Source of the DNA: Eubacteriales bacterium
GTDB lineage: Bacteria > Bacillota > Clostridia > Oscillospirales > CAG-272
Direction of reading: 5' to 3'
Length of the DNA stretch: 64,000 bases
NCBI GenBank assembly: GCA_045631445.1
Contig: JAZQUS010000054.1
Coordinates: 13,166-77,165, forward strand
Every line of letters begins with the position of its first letter. Position 1 is the stretch's first letter. Positions 10,056 through 19,161 of this stretch are shown here, one piece after another. Below the pieces are notes generated by a model. It saw only the letters and a program-made list of their open reading frames with translations. It did no database searches and was not told the origin of the DNA. Both the position numbers and the translations under genes were made by a program.

Positions 10056-11681
10056 ATGCAAAAGAAAAATACTGATGCAAAGAATTACGGCAAACAGTTT
10101 TTTTCGGGAGTAGCTGTTCTCGCCATTTCTACTTTTATAGTTAAGATTATCGGTCTTTTTTATAAGATACCGATGATGGCATATTTAGGTGCGGAGGGAA
10201 TGGGATATTTCAATTCTGCATATGATATCTACTCTTTGTTTTTTGTTATTTCAACAACGGGAATTCCTGTGGCTATTTCAATTCTTGTCGCAGAAAATAA
10301 GGTGCAGGGAAGAATTGATAATATAAAGAAGATATTCAAAGTTTCTCTGGTAGTGCTTGGAAGTCTTGGACTTTTAGGCACGTTAGCTATGGGCATTTTT
10401 TATAATGAGATGGCGAAAATAATAAATAATAATGGTGCTGCATTTTGTATTTTAGCAATATCACCAACCTTGTTGATGATTTGTTTAAGTAGTGCGATTA
10501 GGGGATATTTTCAGGGCAATCAAAGTATGATTCCAACTGCAGTTTCTCAGGTGATTGAGGCGCTTGGTAAACTATTTCTTGGATTAGGCTTCGCTATAAT
10601 TGCCATAAATAAAGGTTATGACATTCCAAGAGTAGCTGCATTTGCGGTTTGTGGGTTAACACTTGGTGTAGCTATATCGTTACTGTTTCTCGTTTTATAT
10701 AAATTTTTGTATAGAATGAAAGTAGAAAATGTTGATGTATCAAATAGCTATGAGTCAAACGCCGCAATACTGAAAAAGCTTTTGAATATCGCTATTCCAA
10801 TTACACTCAGTTCAACTATTTTGAGTCTTACCAAAATTATTGATATGACGATGATTTTAAGAAGACTTGGTGATATTGGATATACTCAAAACCAATCAAA
10901 TGCCATATATGGCTCTTATAGTACAATGGCGGTTTCTATATACAATTTGCCCGCTACGTTAATTAGTGCTATAGCATTACCCCTTGTGCCATTGCTTGTT
11001 TCTGCGATTGAGAGCAATGATTTGAAAAAAGAAAAATCAGTTTTAGCTTCCGCATTAAAAATGGCATCATTGATATCTTTGCCTACAGGGCTTGGAATTG
11101 CGGTGTTTAGTAAACAGATTCTAATGCTTTTATTTTCTTCACAAGAACAAGAAATTGAATATACCGCGCCTTTGCTTTCACTTCTTGGCTTGTCCGTGTT
11201 TTTATCCGCTATAATAACAATTTCTAATTCGATTTTGCAGGCATATAAGCAAGTGAAAAAGCCCATACTGAGCATGATAATAGGTGTTTTGGTTAAGATA
11301 ATATTTGCATTTGTGTTAATAGGAATTCCTAAAATTAATATCTATGGTGCGCCGATAAGTACATTTATTTCGTCGGTTGTAATAGTTGCTATAAACCTAT
11401 ACTTTATTGTAAAAAGAGCAGGCAAAATAGATAAAGTTTTCAATTTGTTTGCATTACCGTTTTTGGCAGCATTTTTGTCAGTTGGAATTGGTGCAGTTCT
11501 TTATTGGTTTTTTACTGGAATTGTTAATTCTCGATTGCTTATATTACCTATAATAGTAGTGGTTGCGTTGCTTTACAGTATATTAATATTAAAACTTCGC
11601 GCTATAAATGAGACCGAGATTTTAATGCTTCCCAAGGGAGATAAGATTTTAATAATATTAAAGAAAATTCACCTTGTGTGA
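10056..11681 (+). CDS. MOP-superfamily polysaccharide/lipid II flippase (YabM/MurJ/SpoVB-like)
   Basis: 541 aa polytopic membrane protein. It occupies the position upstream of mazG, as B. subtilis yabM does. Confidence 0.7.
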   Translation: MQKKNTDAKNYGKQFFSGVAVLAISTFIVKIIGLFYKIPMMAYLGAEGMGYFNSAYDIYSLFFVISTTGIPVAISILVAENKVQGRIDNIKKIFKVSLVVLGSLGLLGTLAMGIFYNEMAKIINNNGAAFCILAISPTLLMICLSSAIRGYFQGNQSMIPTAVSQVIEALGKLFLGLGFAIIAINKGYDIPRVAAFAVCGLTLGVAISLLFLVLYKFLYRMKVENVDVSNSYESNAAILKKLLNIAIPITLSSTILSLTKIIDMTMILRRLGDIGYTQNQSNAIYGSYSTMAVSIYNLPATLISAIALPLVPLLVSAIESNDLKKEKSVLASALKMASLISLPTGLGIAVFSKQILMLLFSSQEQEIEYTAPLLSLLGLSVFLSAIITISNSILQAYKQVKKPILSMIIGVLVKIIFAFVLIGIPKINIYGAPISTFISSVVIVAINLYFIVKRAGKIDKVFNLFALPFLAAFLSVGIGAVLYWFFTGIVNSRLLILPIIVVVALLYSILILKLRAINETEILMLPKGDKILIILKKIHLV

Positions 11682-11692
11682 TAGAAGGATTT

Positions 11693-12403
11693 ATGATGTT
11701 AAAAAATAAAAAAGTTGAATATATACTTTCAAGAGAAAAATATGATTTTTATGACCTTTGTGCTATAATGGAAATTTTGCGCGGTGAGGGAGGTTGCCCA
11801 TGGGACACCGAACAAACTCACGAGAGCATAAGAAAGAACTTCATAGAGGAAACTTATGAGGTGATTGAGGCAATTGATAAAAAGGATACTGAGCTCCTTC
11901 GCGAGGAGCTTGGCGACGTAATGCTTCAGGTTGTGTTCCATACACAAATGGAAAGAGAACTTGGAAATTTTGATATTAATGATGTTGCACACGATGTTTG
12001 TGCAAAGTTAGTTCATCGTCATCCGCACATTTTTGGAGATGTAAATGCTGAAACTTCCGACGAAGTGCTTAAAAATTGGGAGGCAATCAAAAACGTTGAA
12101 AAGAGCAGAGAAACGTTATATGATAAATTGAATAGTGTTCCCTCAATGACTCCAGCTTTAATGAGAGCAAGTAAGGTTGCTAAAAAATCGGGTGAGTATA
12201 AATCGTTTACTAATTCGGAAATTATTGATATGATTAGCTCCTCACTTCACAGAATGGCAGAATCGCCAGATAATATTGATGAAAAAGAATTGGGAGAAGC
12301 ATTGTTTTTGATTAGTGCACTTTCTTCAAAAACCGAATTTGATGCTGAAGAAGTACTTTTCAAAAAGACAAATTCCTTTATTGAAAAATACAAAGACCGA
12401 TAA
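11693..12403 (+). CDS. mazG: nucleoside triphosphate pyrophosphohydrolase MazG
   Basis: MazG EEXXE motifs (EETYEVIEAI, ELGDVMLQV). The start is chosen at ATG after GAAGGA. The track ORF begins at an upstream GTG. Confidence 0.85.
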   Translation: MMLKNKKVEYILSREKYDFYDLCAIMEILRGEGGCPWDTEQTHESIRKNFIEETYEVIEAIDKKDTELLREELGDVMLQVVFHTQMERELGNFDINDVAHDVCAKLVHRHPHIFGDVNAETSDEVLKNWEAIKNVEKSRETLYDKLNSVPSMTPALMRASKVAKKSGEYKSFTNSEIIDMISSSLHRMAESPDNIDEKELGEALFLISALSSKTEFDAEEVLFKKTNSFIEKYKDR

Positions 12404-12472
12404 TTTATTAGATATGAACAAATTTTGTGCATTGTGTTTGTATATTAACAACAAAACATATTTTTTGTGTTC

Positions 12473-12519
12473 AAAATAGATAAAAAAATCGCAAAAAAAT
12501 CAAGAAAAATTGCAAAAAA
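12473..12519 (+). promoter_or_regulatory. five helically phased A-tracts (UP-element-like or curved DNA) upstream of the hup promoter
   Basis: A-runs start at 12473, 12482, 12493, 12505 and 12514 (spacing 9-12 bp). They end 4 bp before the -35 hexamer. Confidence 0.6.
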
Positions 12520-12522
12520 CCC

Positions 12523-12551
12523 TTGCAATATCAAGGTTTTTGTGATATTAT
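12523..12551 (+). promoter_or_regulatory. sigma-A type promoter of hup
   Basis: TTGCAA (12523-12528), 17-nt spacer, TATTAT (12546-12551), preceded by TGa (extended -10). Confidence 0.7.
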
Positions 12552-12602
12552 ATTAGTGTAATGAAATTCATTACATAAATTATGAAAGGTTAGGATTTTA
12601 AA

Positions 12603-12875
12603 ATGAACAAAGTTCAGTTGGTTGAAGCAGTTGCGGCTGCTGGTAAGCTTACAAAGAAAGATGCGGAGGTTGCAGTTAAGGCGGTTACAGATTCTATCGT
12701 TGCTGCTCTTCAGAATGGAGAAAAGGTACAGCTCGTTGGCTTCGGTACATTTGAAGTTAAGGCTTGTGGCGAAAGAAAGGGTAGAAATCCCAAGACAGGC
12801 GAAGAAATCGTTATCGCAGCTTCCAAGCGCCCCACATTTACAGCTGGTAAGGCATTTAAGGACGCAGTAAACTAA
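12603..12875 (+). CDS. hup: DNA-binding protein HU
   Basis: 90 aa with [11 protein letters not shown]..., GFGTFEV and [12 protein letters not shown] motifs of HU/IHF family proteins. Confidence 0.93.
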   Translation: MNKVQLVEAVAAAGKLTKKDAEVAVKAVTDSIVAALQNGEKVQLVGFGTFEVKACGERKGRNPKTGEEIVIAASKRPTFTAGKAFKDAVN

Positions 12876-12887
12876 TTATTTATAAAA

Positions 12888-12918
12888 AATTATGGGCGGT
12901 AAACCGCCCATAATTTTT
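12888..12918 (+). terminator. Rho-independent terminator after hup
   Basis: 12-bp stem AATTATGGGCGG / CCGCCCATAATT, TAAA loop, then a T-run. Confidence 0.85.
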
Positions 12919-12932
12919 GATTGGAGATACTT

Positions 12933-13175
12933 ATGAGATTAGATAAATTTTTAAAGGTTTCAAGAATTATTAAGAGAAGAACCGTTGCTAACGATGCATG
13001 CGATAATGCTCACGTTACCGTAAACGGTAGATCTGCCAAGGCATCATATGACGTTAAAACAAATGATATTATTGAAATTACTTTTGGTACGAGAACACTT
13101 AAAATACGCGTTCTTGATATAAAGGAGCACGTATTAAAGGACGATGCATCTTCACTATATGAGGTTATAACTTAA
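12933..13175 (+). CDS. S4-domain RNA-binding protein (YabO/Hsp15-like)
   Basis: MRLDKFLKVSRIIKRRT S4 motif with GGAG RBS upstream. Position matches B. subtilis yabO. Confidence 0.8.
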   Translation: MRLDKFLKVSRIIKRRTVANDACDNAHVTVNGRSAKASYDVKTNDIIEITFGTRTLKIRVLDIKEHVLKDDASSLYEVIT

Positions 13176-13232
13176 TTCATAAAACAAACACCTGCAACAT
13201 ACCATTTATTATAAAGGTTGGAGGTGTTTTTT

Positions 13233-13520
13233 ATGTCGGAAACAAAGGGTGTAAATTCAAGAATAAACCATAATTTGATAATGAATTCAAGAGAAAAATT
13301 AAGTATTGACGGTGTTAAAGACATTATTAGCTTTGATGAAAATAACGTGAATTTAAAAACAGTATGTGGTGATTTATATATTGAAGGAGATAATTTGCAT
13401 ATTAACGTTTTGAATATTGAAAAAGGGAATGTTGAGTTGACGGGAAAAATTTTTGGACTTAATTATTTAGATTCTAATAATAACGACAAATCATCTTTGC
13501 TTTCAAGGATATTTAAGTGA
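13233..13520 (+). CDS. yabP: sporulation protein YabP
   Basis: ATG 13233 follows GGAGGTG. ~95 aa YabP-like sequence (LSIDGVKDIISFDENNVNLKT) upstream of the yabQ-like gene. Confidence 0.8.
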   Translation: MSETKGVNSRINHNLIMNSREKLSIDGVKDIISFDENNVNLKTVCGDLYIEGDNLHINVLNIEKGNVELTGKIFGLNYLDSNNNDKSSLLSRIFK

Positions 13521-13945
13521 TGGATATTATACCGCTTGAAATATTGAGAGCACTATTTATAAGTGCTTTTTGTGGTTTATTTGTCTTATTTGCATATGAT
13601 ATATTTGCTATGGTTATGTCTGAAATATTATCAATAAAAAGCAATGTTTATTATTTTATTTCGGATATTCTCTTTATCCTTACTTTTACCGTGGTTTTTA
13701 TATTGTTTCTTTATTATTTGTGCGACGGAAGGGTGCGAGGCTCGTTTTTGGGGATGATGATTTTCGGAATGTTACTATATCATAGAGTGATAAGAAAAAC
13801 CGTAAATAAAATAATAAAGATATTGATATCTCCGATTAAAATATTAATTGCGTTCTTTACTGATGCAATCAAAAAAATGATAAAATTTTTATTACAAGCT
13901 ATTGCAAAAAAACGTATTAAGTTGTATAATAAGGATGTAAAATAA
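13520..13945 (+). CDS. yabQ: spore cortex biosynthesis protein YabQ
   Basis: Small polytopic membrane protein. Its start overlaps the yabP stop (TGATG). Conserved yabP-yabQ order. Confidence 0.7.
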   Translation: MDIIPLEILRALFISAFCGLFVLFAYDIFAMVMSEILSIKSNVYYFISDILFILTFTVVFILFLYYLCDGRVRGSFLGMMIFGMLLYHRVIRKTVNKIIKILISPIKILIAFFTDAIKKMIKFLLQAIAKKRIKLYNKDVK

Positions 13946-13979
13946 ACCGTATAATAAACAAAGGTGAGAGGAGAGCAAA

Positions 13980-14279
13980 ATGAATATTTCTTCTAAAATA
14001 AATTCTAAAAAAATAAAAAAATTGCCCTCCTATTTGCTTTTAGCGTTCGTCACCATTTTGGTTGTCATTTCATTGATTATAGCTGCCAATAATTTGATGG
14101 AGTATATTGCCATTAAGCAAGAAAATCAAAAGCTTGAAATTATTAGGGACAATAAATTGCTTGAAATCGATGAACTTAAGTACTATATCAATACTGAAAT
14201 TGATGATGAATACAAGGAAAGAATGGCTCGTCTTTTAGGGTATTGCTTTCCGGATGAATTAATTTATTATCTTGAATAA
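13980..14279 (+). CDS. septum formation initiator family protein (DivIC/FtsB-like)
   Basis: 99 aa with an N-terminal TM helix followed by a coiled coil. Sits after yabQ, as divIC does in Bacillus. Confidence 0.7.
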   Translation: MNISSKINSKKIKKLPSYLLLAFVTILVVISLIIAANNLMEYIAIKQENQKLEIIRDNKLLEIDELKYYINTEIDDEYKERMARLLGYCFPDELIYYLE

Positions 14280-14291
14280 GGAATTTGTATT

Positions 14292-15179
14292 ATGTTAGAT
14301 GTATTAATTATTGGAGGAGGACCTGCGGGTCTTTCGAGCGCGATATATGCTAAGCGCGCAGGACTATCCGTTACAGTGCTTGACAAAGGGGCTTCCGAAT
14401 GTCAAATTACCAAAGCTACAGAGGTAGAAAATTATCTGGGATTTAAGTCTATTAGCGGAATTGATTTGCAGGCGCAATTTGTTGAACATGCAAAAGCACA
14501 AGAAATTCCGATAATTAAAAAGGGTGTTGTTTCTGTTGAGAAGATCGAAAATGGTTTTAAGGTGTTCACAAAAAAGGATGAATTCGAGTGTAAGCATCTT
14601 GTTTTGGCTATGGGAAGATCACACAAGCATCTTGGAGTTAAAGGTGAGGATCGTCTTGCGGGTGCGGGCGTTTCATATTGTGCTACTTGTGACGGATTTT
14701 TCTTTAAAAACAAAGTAGTTGCAGTTATTGGTGGCGGTGACAGTGCGGTAAGCCAAGCAATATACCTTTCTGCATTTTGTCAAAAGGTATATTTAATCCA
14801 TCGCAGAGATGAATTTAGGGCTGCTAATTATCTTGTTGAAAGAGCGCGTGAAAAGGATAATATAGAATTTGTTCTTAATGCTACTGTGAATGAAATTCTT
14901 GGTGATAATTTTGTTACCGGAGTTAGCGTTACTCAAGCTGAAGTTAGAACCATTGAATGCGACGGCGTTTTTGGTGCGGTTGGAGAAAAGCCAAATATGT
15001 CATTTGCGATTGACGGACTTAATACCACTCCTCAAGGTCAGATTTTAACCGACAATTATTGCCGAACGAATATCAATGGGCTTTATGCGGTTGGTGATAT
15101 ACGAGAAAGAGAGGTATATCAAATAATTACTGCAGTTGCTGACGGCGCACTCGTTGTTGAAGGTATTCTTAAAGAATAA
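14292..15179 (+). CDS. trxB: thioredoxin-disulfide reductase
   Basis: GGGPAG FAD motif, redox-active CATCDG, second dinucleotide fold GGGDSA, and GLYAVGD. Confidence 0.85.
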   Translation: MLDVLIIGGGPAGLSSAIYAKRAGLSVTVLDKGASECQITKATEVENYLGFKSISGIDLQAQFVEHAKAQEIPIIKKGVVSVEKIENGFKVFTKKDEFECKHLVLAMGRSHKHLGVKGEDRLAGAGVSYCATCDGFFFKNKVVAVIGGGDSAVSQAIYLSAFCQKVYLIHRRDEFRAANYLVERAREKDNIEFVLNATVNEILGDNFVTGVSVTQAEVRTIECDGVFGAVGEKPNMSFAIDGLNTTPQGQILTDNYCRTNINGLYAVGDIREREVYQIITAVADGALVVEGILKE

Positions 15180-15231
15180 AATATAACTAATACTCATATA
15201 TTTCATTAAAAAGGTTTAGGAGATGAAATAT

Positions 15232-16398
15232 ATGAGTTTTTTATTTTTGAAAAGATGTTTAATGGTGTTTTTGTGTATTATTATGTTATTTTCTTCGGGA
15301 ATGTGTCATATTTCTGCTAAAGAAAATCTTCAAAGTGAAAATATGAAATTTGACTGTAAAAGTGCAATATTAATGGAAGCAACTACGGGAACGGTTTTAT
15401 ATGAATACAATTCTGATTTAGCACTTCCGCCTGCGTCCGTTACTAAAATAATGACCTTGCTTTTGGTTATGGAGGAAATCGAAAAGGGAAATTTAAAATA
15501 CACAGATACTATAACTACGAGTGCTTATGCGGCATCTATGGGTGGATCTCAGGTGTTTTTAAAAGAGGGGGAACAAATGAGCGCCGAAGATATGATAAAG
15601 AGTGTGGTTATTGCATCTGCTAACGATGCTGCAGTTGCTCTTGCGGAGCATATATGTGGTTCGGAACAGATTTTTGTTCAAAGAATGAATGAAAAAGCAC
15701 GCGAGCTTGGAATGGAAAATACTTGTTTTGAAAATACGAATGGTCTTGATGATACTGCTAATAACCATTTAACAAGTGCAAAGGATATTGCTATTATGTC
15801 GCGTGAATTAATAAAGCATGATGATATATTAAAATATAGCTCTATATGGATGGATACAATTAGAAACGGGGAGTTTGGGTTAACTAATACAAATAGACTC
15901 GTTAGATTTTATCAAGGTGCTACCGGGCTTAAAACAGGCTCCACATCAAAGGCAAAGTTTTGTATTAGCGCAACTGCAAAGCGCGGAAATATGCACTTGA
16001 TTTGTGTAATTATGGGGGCGCCAAGTAGTGCAGAGAGAAATTCTATTGCTACTCAACTTTTGAATTGGGGGTTTGCCAATTTTGAACTGTATCAAAATCC
16101 CGCAGAAAAGTTAGAACCAATAAAGGTTGCCGGAGGAACTGAAGATAAGTGCCATATATATACTGAAGATTTTTCTTGTGTGGTGAAAAAAGGGAATGCA
16201 TCTAATATCAAAAAGAAATATGAAATTCCAAATAAAATCAATGCTCCTTTGGGAAAAGGTGAGGAGATTGGAAAAATTTTATATTACCATAATAATGAAA
16301 TTATAGGAGAATCCTCCGTTCTTTCTTGCGAAAATGTTGATAAGATTGATTTTTGGGGAATATTTGTTAGAATTTTGTCAAAAATTCTTCTAAAATAA
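15232..16398 (+). CDS. D-alanyl-D-alanine carboxypeptidase (S11 penicillin-binding protein)
   Basis: Signal/TM N-terminus, SxxK (SVTKIM), SxN (SANDAA) and KTG (LKTGST) motifs. ATG 15232 has better RBS spacing than 15223. Confidence 0.85.
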   Translation: MSFLFLKRCLMVFLCIIMLFSSGMCHISAKENLQSENMKFDCKSAILMEATTGTVLYEYNSDLALPPASVTKIMTLLLVMEEIEKGNLKYTDTITTSAYAASMGGSQVFLKEGEQMSAEDMIKSVVIASANDAAVALAEHICGSEQIFVQRMNEKARELGMENTCFENTNGLDDTANNHLTSAKDIAIMSRELIKHDDILKYSSIWMDTIRNGEFGLTNTNRLVRFYQGATGLKTGSTSKAKFCISATAKRGNMHLICVIMGAPSSAERNSIATQLLNWGFANFELYQNPAEKLEPIKVAGGTEDKCHIYTEDFSCVVKKGNASNIKKKYEIPNKINAPLGKGEEIGKILYYHNNEIIGESSVLSCENVDKIDFWGIFVRILSKILLK

Positions 16399-16409
16399 TA
16401 AATTACCTC

Positions 16410-16438
16410 TTGCAATTTTTATTAAAAAGTAGTAAAAT
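16410..16438 (+). promoter_or_regulatory. sigma-A type promoter of pgi
   Basis: TTGCAA (16410-16415), 17-nt spacer, TAAAAT (16433-16438). Confidence 0.6.
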
Positions 16439-16473
16439 GATAGGTAGTTTGATTTTAGAAGGGAAACATAATT

Positions 16474-17808
16474 ATGACACTTAAATTAAATGACAAATAC
16501 TTAAAAGATTTTATATCAGAGCATGAGTATCAATGCATCGCACCAATGGTAGCCGTTGCTGATAAAATGCTTAGAGAAAAGAGCGGAGCAGGTAACGACT
16601 TCCTTGGTTGGATGGATTTGCCCCAAAATTATGATAAGGAAGAATTTGAAAGAATCAAGGTTGCTGCTAAGAAAATTCAGTCAGACTGCGATGCATTTAT
16701 CGTAATCGGCATTGGAGGTTCATATCTTGGTGCAAGAGCGGTGATTGATTTCCTTAATTCTGCACAGCGCAAGGGGGCAGTAAAGACACCTGATATTTAT
16801 TATGCAGGTTGCAATATCAGTGCAACTGCTCTTAATGAGCTTCTCTATATTTGTGAAAATAAAAATGTATGCATTAACGTTATATCCAAATCAGGTACTA
16901 CAACAGAGCCTGCAGTTGCATTTAGAGTTCTTCGCGCATTCCTTGAGAAGAAATATGGCGTTGAAGAAGCTAAACAGAGAATTTACGTTACTACTGACAA
17001 GGCGCGTGGAACACTTAAAGCATTTTCAACTCAGCAGGGATATGAAACATTTGTTGTACCCGATGATGTTGGCGGAAGATTTTCGGTTCTTACAGCGGTA
17101 GGACTTCTTCCCATTGCTGTTGCAGGTATTGACATTGATGCTCTTATGCACGGTGCTAATGATGCAAGAATTGCATATTCAAGCTCTGATATGTATCAAA
17201 ATGATGCATATAAATATGCAGCAATGAGAAATATTCTTTACCGCAAGGGTAAATCCGTTGAACTTCTTGTTGGATATGAGCCGTTCGTTGGTATGGTTCA
17301 GGAATGGTGGAAGCAGCTTTATGGTGAAAGCGAAGGTAAGGACGGAAAGGGCATTTTCCCCGCATCCGTAATTTTCTCTACAGACCTTCACTCGCTTGGA
17401 CAGTATATTCAGGAAGGACAGAGAATACTCTTTGAAACAGTTCTTTCTATTAACGATACAAAGAGCACATTCGAAATTCCTTATGATGAAGCTAATATTG
17501 ACGGCCTTAACTTCCTTGCAGGCAGAGATGTTAATGAACTTAAACAGACAGCTATGAGAGCAACTCAGCTTGCTCATATTGATGGCGGAGTTCCCAACAT
17601 TCATATTGAACTTGCGGAACGTAACGAGTATTCTCTTGGATATTTGATTTACTTCTTTGAGCTTGCTTGTGCTATGTCAGGGTACCTTCTTGGTGTTAAT
17701 CCTTTTGACCAGCCCGGTGTTGAAGCATATAAGAAAAATATGTTTGCAATGCTTGGAAAACCCGGTTATGAGGAAATGAAAAAGGCACTTGAGGAAAGAA
17801 TTATATAA
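16474..17808 (+). CDS. pgi: glucose-6-phosphate isomerase
   Basis: 444 aa Firmicutes-type PGI with motifs [31 protein letters not shown] and YGESEGK. Confidence 0.92.
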   Translation: MTLKLNDKYLKDFISEHEYQCIAPMVAVADKMLREKSGAGNDFLGWMDLPQNYDKEEFERIKVAAKKIQSDCDAFIVIGIGGSYLGARAVIDFLNSAQRKGAVKTPDIYYAGCNISATALNELLYICENKNVCINVISKSGTTTEPAVAFRVLRAFLEKKYGVEEAKQRIYVTTDKARGTLKAFSTQQGYETFVVPDDVGGRFSVLTAVGLLPIAVAGIDIDALMHGANDARIAYSSSDMYQNDAYKYAAMRNILYRKGKSVELLVGYEPFVGMVQEWWKQLYGESEGKDGKGIFPASVIFSTDLHSLGQYIQEGQRILFETVLSINDTKSTFEIPYDEANIDGLNFLAGRDVNELKQTAMRATQLAHIDGGVPNIHIELAERNEYSLGYLIYFFELACAMSGYLLGVNPFDQPGVEAYKKNMFAMLGKPGYEEMKKALEERII

Positions 17809-17866
17809 AGTTTGTAAAATTTGCAAATTTTGTGCATATTTTTGAGTAATTTTTTATAAAAAACTC

Positions 17867-17895
17867 TTGCATTTTATCTTTCCATAGTGTATAAT
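17867..17895 (+). promoter_or_regulatory. sigma-A type promoter of the small P-loop gene
   Basis: TTGCAT (17867-17872), 17-nt spacer, TATAAT (17890-17895). Confidence 0.6.
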
Positions 17896-17946
17896 TAATA
17901 CATAAAAGGAGCTTTATGCTTCAATAACTCTTGGAGGTAACTTATT

Positions 17947-18354
17947 ATGGTGAAATTAATAATTGGCGTTAAAGGTACAGGCAAAACAAAAACTCTTATC
18001 GATATGGTAAACGCTGCTCAAAATGAAACAAAAGGAAATGTAGTTTGCATTGAAAAGGGCAACAAGTTGCGTTATGACATTAATAGCCAAGTTAGACTTA
18101 TAGATACAGTTGAATATTTAGTAGCTGATGCTCAGGCACTTTTTGGCTTTGTAGCTGGTATTTTGGCAAGCAACTACGACGTTACTGATATTTTCATTGA
18201 CTCTTGCTTGAAGATTTGCAATGAAGACGTTGCTGCTTTTGAAAAATTCTTGCTTGAGGTTGAAGCCCTTGCGCTTAAGAATGATGTTAACTTTGTTATC
18301 ACATCTTCTTTGCCTGTAGAAAATGTAACAGATATAATGAAGAAATTCATCTAA
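17947..18354 (+). CDS. hypothetical 135-aa minimal P-loop NTPase-like protein
   Basis: Walker A-like GVKGTGKT near the N-terminus and a possible Walker B (DIFID). It has its own promoter, RBS GGAGG and terminator. Confidence 0.55.
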   Translation: MVKLIIGVKGTGKTKTLIDMVNAAQNETKGNVVCIEKGNKLRYDINSQVRLIDTVEYLVADAQALFGFVAGILASNYDVTDIFIDSCLKICNEDVAAFEKFLLEVEALALKNDVNFVITSSLPVENVTDIMKKFI

Positions 18355-18363
18355 ATAAATATA

Positions 18364-18394
18364 ATAGCCCAATCAAATGATTGGGCTATTTTTT
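18364..18394 (+). terminator. Rho-independent terminator
   Basis: 11-bp stem ATAGCCCAATC / GATTGGGCTAT, AAAT loop, T-run. Confidence 0.85.
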
Positions 18395-18395
18395 A

Positions 18396-18424
18396 TTGAC
18401 AAAATGCTTTTTTAATGTTATAAT
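18396..18424 (+). promoter_or_regulatory. sigma-A type promoter (extended -10)
   Basis: TTGACA (18396-18401), 17-nt spacer, TGtTATAAT (-10 at 18419-18424). Confidence 0.7.
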
Positions 18425-18457
18425 TGTTTTATAATTCTTTTGCAAAGGAGTTTAATT

Positions 18458-19060
18458 ATGAATAAGATAATAACTATTGGTAGAGAATTTGGAAGTGGCG
18501 GTAGGGAATTTGGAAGAAGACTTGCCGAGGAGCTTGGAATAGAATATTATGATAAGGAAATAATTTGTGCAATTGCCGAAAAAACTTCAATGTCACAGGA
18601 GTACGTTCAAGAGGTGCTTGAAGGTAAGCCACACACCCTTTATCCAATTACTATTGGTCAAAGTATGTTAATTGCAGATAATTTTTATATTCAGCAAGAG
18701 CAGTCAATTTATCTTGCACAAAGTGAAATAATAAGAGAGCTTGCTCAAAAATCAAGTTGTGTTATAGTTGGTAGATGTGCTGACTTTATTTTGAGAGACC
18801 TCAAACCTTATCGCATATTTGTATATGCAGATATGGATAGTAGAGTTAAAAGATGCATTTCTCGAAACAAGGAATTCGAGAAGCATTTAACCGAAAAAGA
18901 AATTAGAAAACAAATTACAAAAATAGATAAAAACAGGGCAAAATATTATAACTACTATACTGGTAACGATTGGGGAGATAAGAATAACTATGATCTTTGT
19001 ATAAATACTACGGATCTCGTTATAAAAGACATTGTTCCCGTAATTGCTAAAATGCTTTAA
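18458..19060 (+). CDS. cytidylate kinase-like family protein
   Basis: MNKIITIGREFGSGG N-terminus is typical of the AAA_28/cytidylate-kinase-like family. ATG 18458 follows AAAGGAG. Confidence 0.7.
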   Translation: MNKIITIGREFGSGGREFGRRLAEELGIEYYDKEIICAIAEKTSMSQEYVQEVLEGKPHTLYPITIGQSMLIADNFYIQQEQSIYLAQSEIIRELAQKSSCVIVGRCADFILRDLKPYRIFVYADMDSRVKRCISRNKEFEKHLTEKEIRKQITKIDKNRAKYYNYYTGNDWGDKNNYDLCINTTDLVIKDIVPVIAKML

Positions 19061-19071
19061 TATATTGGATT

Positions 19072-19104
19072 AGCTCCACCGATTTTTTTCGGTGGGGCTT
19101 TTTA
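19072..19104 (+). terminator. Rho-independent terminator
   Basis: Stem AGCTCCACCGA / TCGGTGGGGCT (one G-U pair), T-rich loop, then TTTTT. Confidence 0.8.
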
Positions 19105-19161
19105 TTCGTCACTTATAATTTACTTTTGCAATATAATGTAGTAAAGATAAGGAGGTGGAAT

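Noticed and set aside
12622-12870. 82-aa ORF in an alternative frame within hup
   Set aside because: It lies completely inside the HU gene. The HU frame carries unmistakable family motifs, and the alternative frame is an Arg/Leu-rich artefact.
17809-17866. AT-only palindrome AAAATTTGCAAATTTT after pgi as a possible terminator
   Set aside because: The stem is made only of A-T pairs with a 2-nt loop, so it is too unstable to call a terminator with any confidence.
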